A DNA stretch of 64,000 bases, from positions 186,001-250,000 of the forward strand of contig NW_026515694.1 of the NCBI RefSeq assembly GCF_025526975.1, given 5' to 3'. Made by a program: the position numbers and the translations under genes. This document shows, in pieces, positions 11,929 through 22,290 of this stretch. The notes beneath the pieces were generated by a model. The model searched no databases and had not been told where the DNA came from. It saw only the letters and a list, made by a program, of their open reading frames with translations. The stretch's first letter is position 1. Each line of letters begins with the position of its first letter. This stretch comes from Fimicolochytrium jonesii (Eukaryota).

Positions 11929-13380
11929 TCATGTGTTGCTACTCGACGTAACAGTAGCCACAGACCACTTCTGATCACACCACGGCATCCCAGGTATGCA
12001 GTTCAAGTACTTGCACCACGTGCACGTCGCAGTCGCATCATAGAACCCCCTCACCATAAAGAACAACACCAGCACCAAGCCCGGAAACGCAACGCCCATC
12101 AAAATCCGTTTCCGCATTCGATCCCATTTCCCGAAATGGATGGTGGGCATGAACACGAGACCGGCGAGGATGCCCGTCGCGAACCCGCCTATGTGGGCGA
12201 AATTGTCGATGTAGGGGAGCATGCCGATCATGAGCGAGATGCAGATTTGGATGAGCATTTTGAGGAGCTCGAGCCAGGGTTTGGAGATTAGCCGCCAGTT
12301 TTGGAAGAGGTCGAGGAGGAGGCAGGCGAGGAGGCCGTAGAGGGAGCCGGAACAGCCTACACTTGGCGTTAATGGACTGTTCGAGGAAACTCCCGTTAGC
12401 GCTGGTTGGCCAATCTTTACAGCACGCTTCCCAAAACCTACTTGAAATTAGCTCCAAACACAAACCCAGCAACCCCAGAAGTCATATAAATTGCGGCCAC
12501 CCGCCACCACCCAAAATCCTTCTCCATCTGCAACCCCGTCCTCAGCTGGAAACTCATATTGAACATCAAGTGGACCACCCCTCCATGCAGCCCAATTGCC
12601 GTAAAGAACCGGTACCACTGATTTGGTTTCGCCCTATCCACGCCGCCCATCCCACATATATCCGCCAGCGTACATACGGCCGGATCCGACCCCGACCCTT
12701 TTATCCCCGTTGGACACTCTATGCTCGCGTAGTTTTCCAATCCTGTGCCGAGTCGCATGCACGGTACGAAGCGGGCGCCCATGGTGATAAGCGATCCCGA
12801 GGCCGGGCCAATCATGTAATTCATCGGATTAGTCTGAATAGGCGTGCCGGTTGATTTCCAGTTGAGGATGAGGGTGCCGATGAGAGCCCCGACTTGGATG
12901 AGTGTCATCAAGCCGAGGAACCATGGTCGGTGGGACTTCATCTGGGCGAGCTGGACGCGGATGTGGGGGTTGTGGAGGGAGGATTTGGTGTTTTCGAGGG
13001 CTTCCGCTTCTTCCAGGGCCATGCGGGTGTAGTAGGAGGCTTCGACGCGGGGGGGTTGCTCGTGTGGTACGAGGTTGTTGGTTTCGCCTTCTTCTATATC
13101 TGTGGTGGGTGCACCGTGTTCGTCAAGAGTAATCAAAAGGATGGTTGGGCTACTATCGAAAGCCAACCTGTTCCAAGTTTTGAAGATACGATAGAGGCCA
13201 CCTCACTTTTCCGCCGCACATCTTCCTTCGATAACGGATCTGCGTAGAACACATAGTTCCGCAGATCCGCGTCCTCTGCGTCAGGCTTCCTGCTATCTGT
13301 TGAGTGGGTAAGTGGGGTGGTCGAATGAATTACTCCTCCCGTATGGGTGACGACGTACTTTTTCTTGACCTTGGTCCCAT
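11929..13380 (-). CDS. Rhomboid-family intramembrane serine protease
   Basis: QWYRFFTAIGLHGGVVHLMFNM loop, catalytic GCSGS after splicing, AHIGG, C-terminal CTWCKYLNCIP. The start ATG at 13380 is inferred through two short 5' introns. Confidence 0.9.
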
Positions 13381-13693
13381 GTTGAGGAACGGCGTGTGGA
13401 GAAATCAGTGCCAGCCGCTGTAACGAAGACCGACGAAGGCTGTTGAGACCAGGGTACGGGTTTTGAAGATTGGGTGGGAAGGCAGGGTCGGGTATACTGA
13501 GACGGTTCTCCCTGCAAGCCTAGCGGATGAGGAATAGGAATGGAAGTATTTGCGGTCCAAAAGCCCAAATAGATTTGACCATGGGGAGCCTCTCCGCCCA
13601 ACTTCGACAGCGCGAAGTTGGCAAATAAACAGTTACCAAACAGGCTTAATGTTGAGCCATTTCCTGTTGTGTGATTGGCTGGTTATTATTCCG

Positions 13694-13705
13694 CTAACCC
13701 TAACC
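13694..13705 (+). promoter_or_regulatory. Telobox-like CTAACCCTAACC in the divergent rhomboid/syntaxin promoter
   Basis: About two TTAGGG-type units, 16 bp from a reverse CCAAT (ATTGG at 13674-13678). Confidence 0.3.
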
Positions 13706-13974
13706 GCAAACACCCTTTTGCCCTGCCCTCCGCCCCCGCCCAGCGGCCGCATGCCTATTTCTCGAACGCTTTCCGCCACGGCCGTTTCTCCCCTTTTGCT
13801 ACCCGCAGGCAAAAGGAAAGGGACTCCACTCGACAGCCTCATCATAATAATAACATCCCCCCCGTTCGAGATTCCCTCTGTTCTCGCCAAGGCAGTCCAC
13901 GTACATTTACGCACTCTCAGAGACACAACCTTCTCGAACCCGCTTCTAATTCAGCATCCCGCCAACAACACGAA

Positions 13975-15243
13975 ATGTCTCGCGACAGGACAGCCGACCT
14001 TCGCGGCCCCACCTCCAACAACGGCGGCGGCCGTTACCAGCAGGGCCCTCCACAACGCAACAACAGCGGCGGCAACGGCGGCTACTACAACGACGACGTC
14101 GAAATGAGCAGGTACCCGCCCGCTCAGGGTGGCTACAGCCAGCGTGACAACTACGACAGCAACAACAACAGCAGCAGATACCAACAGCGACCACAACATG
14201 ACGAGTACTACCAGTCACAACCACAAGGTGGCCGCTACCCACCCGCCAACAACAATAACAACAGCTACAGTCGCAGTAACAGTGACAGCACCCTGCCAGG
14301 AGGAAGGGGCGGGAATGTTGCAAGAGTGGGAGGAGGCGGCTCGACCATAGACAGCTTTTTCGAAGATGTGGAAAGCGTAAAGAGCGGTATCGAGCAGGTC
14401 AAGCAGAATGTGCGCTCGATCGATCAGTTGCACCAACGGGCGTTGTTGGGCACCAGCCCAGACGAGCAGGCTCGTAAGTAGAATATATACTTTGTTCGGC
14501 GATTTCGAAGTTCAGGTATTGATGATTCCCGCTTCCTCCGACACGCAGGTTACACACGCCAAGTAGACGACCTCCAAGCCCAAACGAGCGACCTCATCAA
14601 CGACCTCCGCACCCACGTCAAGCAACTCGCGGCAGCAACAAAGACCGCTTCGGCCGCCGACCGTCCCGTCCGCGACCAACAACAAAAAGCTCTCGCAAGC
14701 AAACTCATGGACGTAGCCCAACAATACCAAGAAGTCCAGCTCCGCTCCAAACAAAAGTACCGCCAGCGTATGGAACGCGAGATCCGTATCGCTCGCCCAG
14801 ACGCCACCCCCTCCGAAGTCGAGCGCGCCCTCGACTCCAACAACGGCCAAGTCTTCTCCCAGCAGCTCCTCTCCTCCCGCGTCGGCGCCCAGCGCACCGC
14901 TCTACAGGAAGTCCAAAATCGTCACGAGGAGATTCACAAGATCGAGCAGAGCGTCACCGAGCTCTTCACGCTGTTCCAGGAGATGCAGGCGTTGCTGGAG
15001 CAGCAGCAGGAGACGATCGATGTGATTGAGACGCAGGTCGATGACACCCATGTGAATATCGAGGACGGGAACAAGGAGATGACGCAGGCGATCGTGCACA
15101 GGAAGGCGTCCAGGAAGAAGGCGTGGTGGATTTGCATTTGCGTGCTCATCTTGATCGTCATCCTCGTCATTGTGCTGTACATTTATGTCATCAAGCCCGC
15201 GATCGATACGGCTAACGCGGCCAAGCAGGCGGGTGCGAAATAA
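13975..15243 (+). CDS. SSO1: Plasma-membrane Qa-SNARE syntaxin (Sso1/2-like)
   Basis: N-peptide MSRDRTADL, Habc domain, intron 14474-14548, SNARE motif ALQEVQNRHEEIHKIEQSVTELFTLFQEMQALLEQQQETIDVIE, RKK followed by a C-terminal TM helix. Confidence 0.93.
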
Positions 15244-15729
15244 TAGTAGTGGGGATGAAGTTGAAGTAGAGCGTGGTAGCTGGATATCTTGGGTTTGCGT
15301 TCCGCCCGTGTGTTTACCTTTTTCTACCTATTTTGCATAGTCGTTCGGCTGTAGCTTGTTCCTGTCTCGGCCATTGTATAGATAATACATGACCTCAAGT
15401 TACACACCACTGCGGTCGTGATCATGTGCTTGACATTTCCCTGACAAGATATCTTCCCATGGACTTCCGTCACTTGTGCTTCAAGACTGAGTTTTTCTTC
15501 CACGTAAGTGGTCGCCATGTCCCGGCGTGCTTCAAGTAGTGCCTACATCCGGCGTTGGGCTTTCAACAGATCTCTCCCAGCCGCCAAACCCCAATCACTC
15601 CTCATTCTTCCCAAAAATCCGTCCATTCCCCTGTGATGATACAAGTATGAGAGGGGAATAACTTTCATTTTGCGGTAGAAAAGTAAAGATCGGACATGTC
15701 TTTTCTCAAAGCCAATTCTAAGAGCATAT

Positions 15730-16369
15730 TTATTGTTTCTACAAATGTCAAGGGGGAAAAACGGGGTGTGAGAACGTGGCATTATGTGTTTACGAAAGCG
15801 ACATGTATACTTACGCCCTTGATGAGGTCGTTCGCCTCGTACAACGAGTGTGCGAATCCGACAGTGATCACAGATGCCGTGATGCCGAAGAAGAGAGAGT
15901 CACCCTTGCCGCGGACGTAGGTGGGGATGGTGCTGGGTTTCTGTCACGAGTACGGGAGTTCTTGGTCAGTTTCTCCGTTGAGTTGAGAAAACCTCCCCAC
16001 GAGAGACGCTTTCACTAGCATTCGCCTATCTGCCCGTTTCCTACTAGTCAAGTCCCGCGGATCCCAGCGAGTATACTGAAAGCAATTCCGTCCCCGTTCC
16101 CGCTTCATCATCAACGACCCCGATTCTGCCACGACCCAGCTCCCCCGTCTGGGAATCTCCGCAACTAACCTGCCAGAATATCCTCTGCTCGACCTGCTTA
16201 GCGCGCAGACCTACACATGGCATACACAAGGAACAACAAGATAGACCAATAATTAGTGACTGGTTAACGGTGGGGAATCAAACGCTTGGGAGCAAGTCAC
16301 GGTCTGCGGACGGCCGCTCTACCCAACGCTCTTGGGGTTTCCCAACGTTGAAAAAGTACCATGAAACAT
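15730..16369 (-). CDS. COX7: Cytochrome c oxidase subunit VII (Cox7/COX7A)-like, 61 aa, 4 exons
   Basis: Exons 16369-16360, 16210-16170, 15940-15815, 15738-15730: MFHGLRAKQVEQRIFWQKPSTIPTYVRGKGDSLFFGITASVITVGFAHSLYEANDLIKGKQ*. Q..FQ...PTY.RG..D followed by one TM helix is the COX7A pattern. Confidence 0.75.
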
Positions 16370-16492
16370 ACTCTTCTCAGCAGGCCGGACGATGGAGCGA
16401 ACGAGACCCATTGTTGCTGTGTGTTGTGTTGTGTAGTTGTGGCGGATGCTTGCTGACTTGTGCTTTGAGCGTAACGCTTGCGTTTTGCAGAC

Positions 16493-16540
16493 GGACTTGA
16501 CGCAGGGACTTGACGCAGGACTCTGCGCAGGACTTGACGG
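16493..16540. repeat. 12-13 bp tandem repeat GGACTTGACGCAG, about 4 copies
   Basis: ggacttgacgcag ggacttgacgcag gactctgcgcag gacttgacgg, in the divergent COX7 / Harbinger-like promoter. Confidence 0.8.
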
Positions 16541-17057
16541 GAGCAGCGGAGGAGGGGGGTGTGCGCCTATCCGGATGCGTCACGATGAGTCACCGCATGC
16601 CTCTCAGTTGTCCTGCCTTCTCGAACGGAAGTGAGGGAAGCCTATCCGACTGCCCTCGGACACCGGCAAATCGCACCGGCCCCCAGCACGGCAATCCTAC
16701 TGGCCACCGGGAACCATCATAGCCTTTCGGCAAACTCCGTGAAGGAGGGGTGTTCAAGGAAAGAGCGATAAAAACCTCTTCTTGCCTCTGCGAGCTTTCT
16801 GTGTTCCATCCAGTCGAAAAGCACCGTCGAAAAACCTCTCGCCTCCGTCTAAAGCAACACTTTGCTGTCAGGCGTTCCAATAGTTTGGCTTGGGATATTC
16901 TACGTTTCTACGCACTTTCACCTTTTCTGTTGAAAGAAGGTATGGATTCGGGTCATTCCGGGGCATCATTCTGCGCGTCATCTGCCCTGCTATGGGATTC
17001 CGGACTGTCACACTTTCGCTTACACTTTTTCTTCAATACCTGCCCACAGTTCGAGAA

Positions 17058-18689
17058 ATGGATCCTAATAATCCACCACGTTCTCTCGCCCAATCGATTG
17101 TGGACTCTTTATATAGTCATTCACTGCCCGTGGTCGGCTTGACAGTGCCGACGGACTCGACGACTACCCTGCAACCCGCTCCTGTGGTCCCAACGCAGCC
17201 ACCGGTGGTCACAACGCAAATAGCGACGCCGACCGCGACGACAACAATAGCAACAGCGAACACCTCCAAGCCTGCGATACCATCAGGGGGCAAATCGCCT
17301 CTTGATGGTCTGCCTCCTTTCCTTGCCGCGCCGTTAATCAACAACAGCGCCGCCGCGGCACCCTTTATACATGCAACCCAAACTACCCAGTCCGTTCAAA
17401 ACGGCAGTGAACATCCGCCAACTGCCGCTGCCGCACCTCAATCCCAAGTGGAGGCTCCACCGGCCATGCCAGCAGAAGCGCGCGTGGAACAACCCCAATA
17501 CCAGGTCGCCCCGCAAAGCATCCCGCATCCACTGCAGCCGGATTCGCAGATATCTATCCCGCAACGGTTTTTGAATCTGGACGAAGCTGGCAAGATCAAT
17601 GAGCTCCGAATGAGCAGCGGGGCGTTTGATCGAGTTCTGGCGTTGATCGAAGACGACCCGGTGTTTCAAAACAACTCGACCAAGATCCAGACGCCCGCCC
17701 GGTTTCAGTTGATGGTAACGTTGTCGAGGTTGGCCAAGTTTGGAGTTGGGTCGGCGATTGGACGCATCGCGGAAGATTGGGGGATCAGTGAGGCGGCTGT
17801 GCATTCGTTCAGTGGACGGGTCTTGTCGGCGCTCAACCGGTTGAGTTTGGAGGTGGTTCAATGGCCGGATGCTGCTGAGAGGACCACGGTATCGCAACGG
17901 ATCCAGGAGACGTCTGGATTTCCTAACTGCGTTGGATTCGTTGGTGGAACGCATGTGGTTCTGTACTCCAAGCCGGCGGGCAAAGCGGATGAATATTCAT
18001 GCGGCGAACGACAGTGGGGTTTAGCAGCTTTGATTGTGAACGACGACGAAAAGCGCATTCGCTACACACACGTCGGACAGCCAGGGAAAACCCCCGTCGA
18101 CCAAGTTTTGGGAGCGGCGGATTTCGCAAAGGACCCTACGTCGCATTTTAGCCCTAACCAGTACCTTCTCGCTGCTGGTGGTATCACCAACACACAAACG
18201 GTGCTCTCCTCATACGAGGACCCCGGCGCCTCAGCAGACCCATCGGTAATCAGCCTCTTCAATGAGCGCATCATCAACCTGCGAAAATTCAACGAAAGCA
18301 CCTGCGTGATGCTCCGCGCTCGGTTCAAATCCCTGCGCGGGATGCGCATTATGATCAACAACGAGCGGTCGCGGGCACTCGCGGTGGACTGGTTCCGGGC
18401 GTGTTGCGCGCTGCATAACCTGCTGCTGAACGATGTGTACAAGGCCGAGTGGGAGAATATGGACGCGGAGGAGGAGGAAGCTGCTGCCGCGAGGGCGGCG
18501 GGAGGCAATGGCAGGGGGGGCAGGAAACGAAGGATTGATAGTGTGCAGGATGCAAACACGCATGCAACTGCTCGAGGGAGGAGCAACGGGGCGGCACCGG
18601 GCAGCACCAACGATCAACAGAAACGTAGCCGGATGTCGGACATTGGAGTGCAAACAGCCCGTTTCCCGGATCCGAATATTCATCAGTGA
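17058..18689 (+). CDS. PIF/Harbinger transposase-derived protein (HARBI1/ALP1-like, DDE_Tnp_4 type), predicted catalytically inactive
   Basis: HTH-like QLMVTLSRLAKFGVGSAIGRIAEDWGISEAAV; WPDAAER; GFPNCVGFVGGTHV (canonical DGTH); YLLAAGG (canonical YLLGDSGY); FNE...NEST..MLRARFKSL; ACCALHNLL. Low-complexity N-terminus, basic RKRR tail, probable 5'UTR intron at about 16940-17049. Confidence 0.88.
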   Translation: MDPNNPPRSLAQSIVDSLYSHSLPVVGLTVPTDSTTTLQPAPVVPTQPPVVTTQIATPTATTTIATANTSKPAIPSGGKSPLDGLPPFLAAPLINNSAAAAPFIHATQTTQSVQNGSEHPPTAAAAPQSQVEAPPAMPAEARVEQPQYQVAPQSIPHPLQPDSQISIPQRFLNLDEAGKINELRMSSGAFDRVLALIEDDPVFQNNSTKIQTPARFQLMVTLSRLAKFGVGSAIGRIAEDWGISEAAVHSFSGRVLSALNRLSLEVVQWPDAAERTTVSQRIQETSGFPNCVGFVGGTHVVLYSKPAGKADEYSCGERQWGLAALIVNDDEKRIRYTHVGQPGKTPVDQVLGAADFAKDPTSHFSPNQYLLAAGGITNTQTVLSSYEDPGASADPSVISLFNERIINLRKFNESTCVMLRARFKSLRGMRIMINNERSRALAVDWFRACCALHNLLLNDVYKAEWENMDAEEEEAAAARAAGGNGRGGRKRRIDSVQDANTHATARGRSNGAAPGSTNDQQKRSRMSDIGVQTARFPDPNIHQ

Positions 18690-18903
18690 GAAGCATTATC
18701 ATGGAGGAACTCTGCTTGGAACTGGCCCCCATCGCATTCACCTTCCTCGGCAGAGGTGGGGCTGGGGGCAGGAGCGTAAAGTGTGGGTGTATATATTCAT
18801 CCTATACATATATGTTTTCATCATATGTTGCAGTGCGTACTTTCTCCCACCACGCCAATGTAGGACGCGCAGGTGTGACGGTTGCGCGAGTGATTTGAAC
18901 TGG

Positions 18904-18912
18904 ATGAGTCAT
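18904..18912. promoter_or_regulatory. Gcn4/Cpc1 consensus site ATGAGTCAT upstream of HIS4
   Basis: Perfect ATGA(C/G)TCAT about 220 bp before the HIS4 ATG. Confidence 0.55.
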
Positions 18913-19132
18913 GCGAATTGCGCTGATTCTCCGCTCTGCCTTTCGGCCTTTTTTACGCTCCAGTTGCTCCTCCCAATTTCCCACCAACATCCGCTCGCAG
19001 CGTACGTTATTAGACCACCGTGCTCCAGATATAGATATAAAGAACAGAAGCAGACGCCATTGACCTCCGCAGTGTGTTCCCTCTGACGCGTTCATTGTCG
19101 TCTCCTCACTTTTCCCATCCCAACACACAACC

Positions 19133-21885
19133 ATGATATTACCGCAGCTATCAGTGTCAGAGGCCCTCGCCGACGCAGCCCGTCTCGCCACCTTCAGCCG
19201 CGTAGGCGACGTCCTCCTCACCAACATCGCCGGCCACGAAGCGGACCTCGTCCAACTCTTCGACGTCGCTTCCTGTTGGGTGGAAGTCCCGCCGACGCTC
19301 GACACGGACGCTGTCGTCAAGCTTCTTGACGGCGGTGCAACGAAGGTCGTTATTGATTATTCGGGCGAGTCCGTGAAGCCTTTGTTGGAAGTGCTGCCTG
19401 GCGACCGCGTCGTGCTTGTCATATCTGACGTTGAGCGTGCGTTGAAGGCCGCGGACTCGGAGCCGGTCCCCAGTTCGGTGGATGGGCTGATATTTGAGGT
19501 GGACGAAAGGTTCTTGCAGAGCGAAGCAGGGCAAGACGCTTTCCTCGGGGCGTTGTCAACCTTCCCTGGAGGTGATGTGCGGATACTCTTCCGCGCCAAA
19601 GGGACTCAGGGGATAACTCCCCAGGTCGTGCTTCAAAGCAACGAAAAAGGAATCGATGCTGTTGTACCGGCTAGTCAATTTGGCGGAGATGCCATCGATC
19701 TGGGTGCTGCCTTTGCGGCATGCCTGAAAACCGACCGTCCCGATGGACTGTTTCCCACGATAGTGGTCGATGAGCAAGGAGTGGCTTTAGGACTCTGCTA
19801 TTCGTCGAAAGAAAGCATCGCAGAGGCTGTCAAGACGGGGCAGGGCGTCTACCAGTCGAGAAATCGAGGGCTGTGGTACAAAGGACAATCCTCCGGCGCC
19901 ACGCAGAAACTCATCAAAATCGACTACGACTGCGACCAGGACACGCTTCGATTCACTGTGCAGCAGGCGGACCCGGGCTTCTGTCATCTGAACACTCGCA
20001 CGTGCTTTGGGGCGGATAATGGCATCAGCGCGCTGGCGAGGACGTTGGAGAGCCGCAAGACGGCCGCGCCGGAAGGGTCGTACACTCGTCGCTTGTTCGA
20101 AGACAAAACTCTCCTGCACTCGAAGATCATGGAGGAGGCTGATGAGTTGGTGCAGGCGACCGATAAGGATGAGATTGCGTGGGAGACCGCAGATTTGATT
20201 TTCTTTGCCTTGACAAAATGTGTCGCCAATGGGGTGTCGCTAACGGATGTGGAGAAGCATCTGGATAGACGGGCGAAGAAGGTTGTTAGACGGCCAGGGA
20301 ACGCGAAACCGAAATGGGACTTGGCGAAGAAGGAGGAAAGCGGAGCCGTCAACGGAGCCCAACCAGCGAAACCCGTCGCTGCCGTTGCGGAACCGCCATC
20401 TGACGGCCGAATTAGAATGCGGACGCACGTTTTCACTCAAACGAGCCCCGAACAGCAGCAAGCACTCCTCCTCCGCCCCATCATCAAAACCTCCGAAATC
20501 ATGTCCCGCGTAAAACCCATCGTAGAGCAAGTCCGCACGGGAGGAGACAAAGCCCTCCTCCACCTCACCGCAACCATCGACAAGGTCCAGCTCGACACCC
20601 CCGTGATGAAGGCGCCATTCCCAGCTGCCGCCATGGCCATAACCGACGACGTGAAGAAGGCGATCGATCAAGCGTATGACAACATTCACAAGTTCCACGA
20701 TGCCCAACTGGATCGCGGCGTGTTGAGGGTTGAGACGATGCCTGGTGTGGTGTGCACGCGGTTCTTTAGGCCTATTGAGAGAGTGGGTCTGTACGTGCCT
20801 GGAGGAACGGCCGTGCTTCCTTCGTCAACTCTCATGTTGGGTGTCCCCGCCAAGGTCGCCGGATGCAGTGAAATCGTTGTGGCCACACCCCCTCGGAAAG
20901 ACGGCACTGTCGCGCCGGAAGTCGTGTACGTGGCCGACAAGATTGGCGCAACGACGCTGTTGATTGCAGGAGGAGCGCAAGCTGTCGCCGCAATGGCGTA
21001 CGGGACTGAGAGCGTGCCGAAAGTGGACAAGATCTGTGGACCGGGCAACCAATATGTGACGGCCGCCAAGATGGTGGCACAGGGAGACAGCTCCGCCATG
21101 GTCTCGATCGATATGCCGGCAGGACCTTCCGAGCTTCTGGTAAGTATATCGACAAGAGCTAGATCTCGCATTCGCTTCTTCGCTTACATGATACTCCTCC
21201 CTCTTCCAGGTCATAGCGGACGCAACAAGCAATCCCGCCTACGTAGCCTCCGACCTCCTCTCCCAAGCCGAACACGGCACCGACTCCCAAGTCGTCCTCC
21301 TCACCGTCGGCCTGAACCCGGAACAAATCGCCGCCATCGAGAACGAGATCCACACCCAAGGCTCCGCCCTCCCTCGCGCCGACATCGTTCGCGTCTCGAT
21401 CGCCAAATCGTACATCATGCAGATGGACACTGTCGAAGAAGCCATGCGATTCTCGAATATGTATGCGCCTGAGCACTTGATTTTGCACTGCAAGGATGCG
21501 GAGACGTTGGTGGAGCAGGTCATGAATGCTGGTTCGGTGTTTGTGGGGCAGTGGTCGCCTGAGAGGTATGGCTTCTATTGGCTGTTTGACGGAGTTGAGC
21601 TCGCTTGAACATAACATCTCCCATGTACTCCCTTCCAGTTGCGGTGACTACGCCTCCGGCACAAACCACACCCTCCCAACCTACGGATACGCGCGCATGT
21701 ACTCGGGAGTCAACACCCTTACGTTCGTGAAGCACATCACTTCGCAAATGCTAACAAAAGAAGGTCTGGACCGGCTGGGAGACACCGTTACCACACTCGC
21801 AGCCGTCGAAGGGCTAGAGGCTCACCGCAACGCTGTGGCCATCCGTCTGAAGGACATCAGGGGTGATGACGCGAAGGCGAAGTAG
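19133..21885 (+). CDS. HIS4: Trifunctional histidine biosynthesis protein (HisI/HisE/HisD)
   Basis: [27 protein letters not shown] and [11 protein letters not shown] (HisI); GSYT.RLF and KIMEEA.EL (HisE); [30 protein letters not shown] and [13 protein letters not shown] (HisD). Two introns near 21140-21209 and 21566-21638. Confidence 0.97.
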
Positions 21886-22290
21886 AGGTTGTGTTCCTGA
21901 CGGCGTCGTATGGCTTCTTAGCATTAGTCATGAGGTAATCGGTTGTCACGGCGTTGTCCTTTCCATTCCTTGCATACAGTAGAGCCTTTCATTCCCCCGC
22001 CATGACCGACATGCACACCTAGCAATCATTATTCATCGGATTACCCCAATTTCCATAAGCGCATGTTCACGAAATCACAACTCATTTATGCTACACCGCC
22101 ATGCTTCTACGTACACAAAACTCGTATTATGTCCTCTCCATATGGCACGCCGTACATTGTCCGGTTTCCACTTCCACATAGCAGCTATGAAAAACCTTCA
22201 AGGCAGCTAGGGCCATTCCATCTTCTTCACGTCCATCCTTTCCTCACGTACAGTCGTTTATCATCGCGCAACCGCCGTCGCGCATTCAGA

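Noticed and set aside
15941..16169. C/D snoRNA in COX7 intron 2 (ATGATGA ... CTGA)
   Set aside because: The CTGA coincides with the likely branch point, and there is no convincing terminal stem or guide.
16600..19000. Active Harbinger transposon
   Set aside because: Two catalytic residues are lost, and no TIRs, target-site duplication or second ORF were seen.
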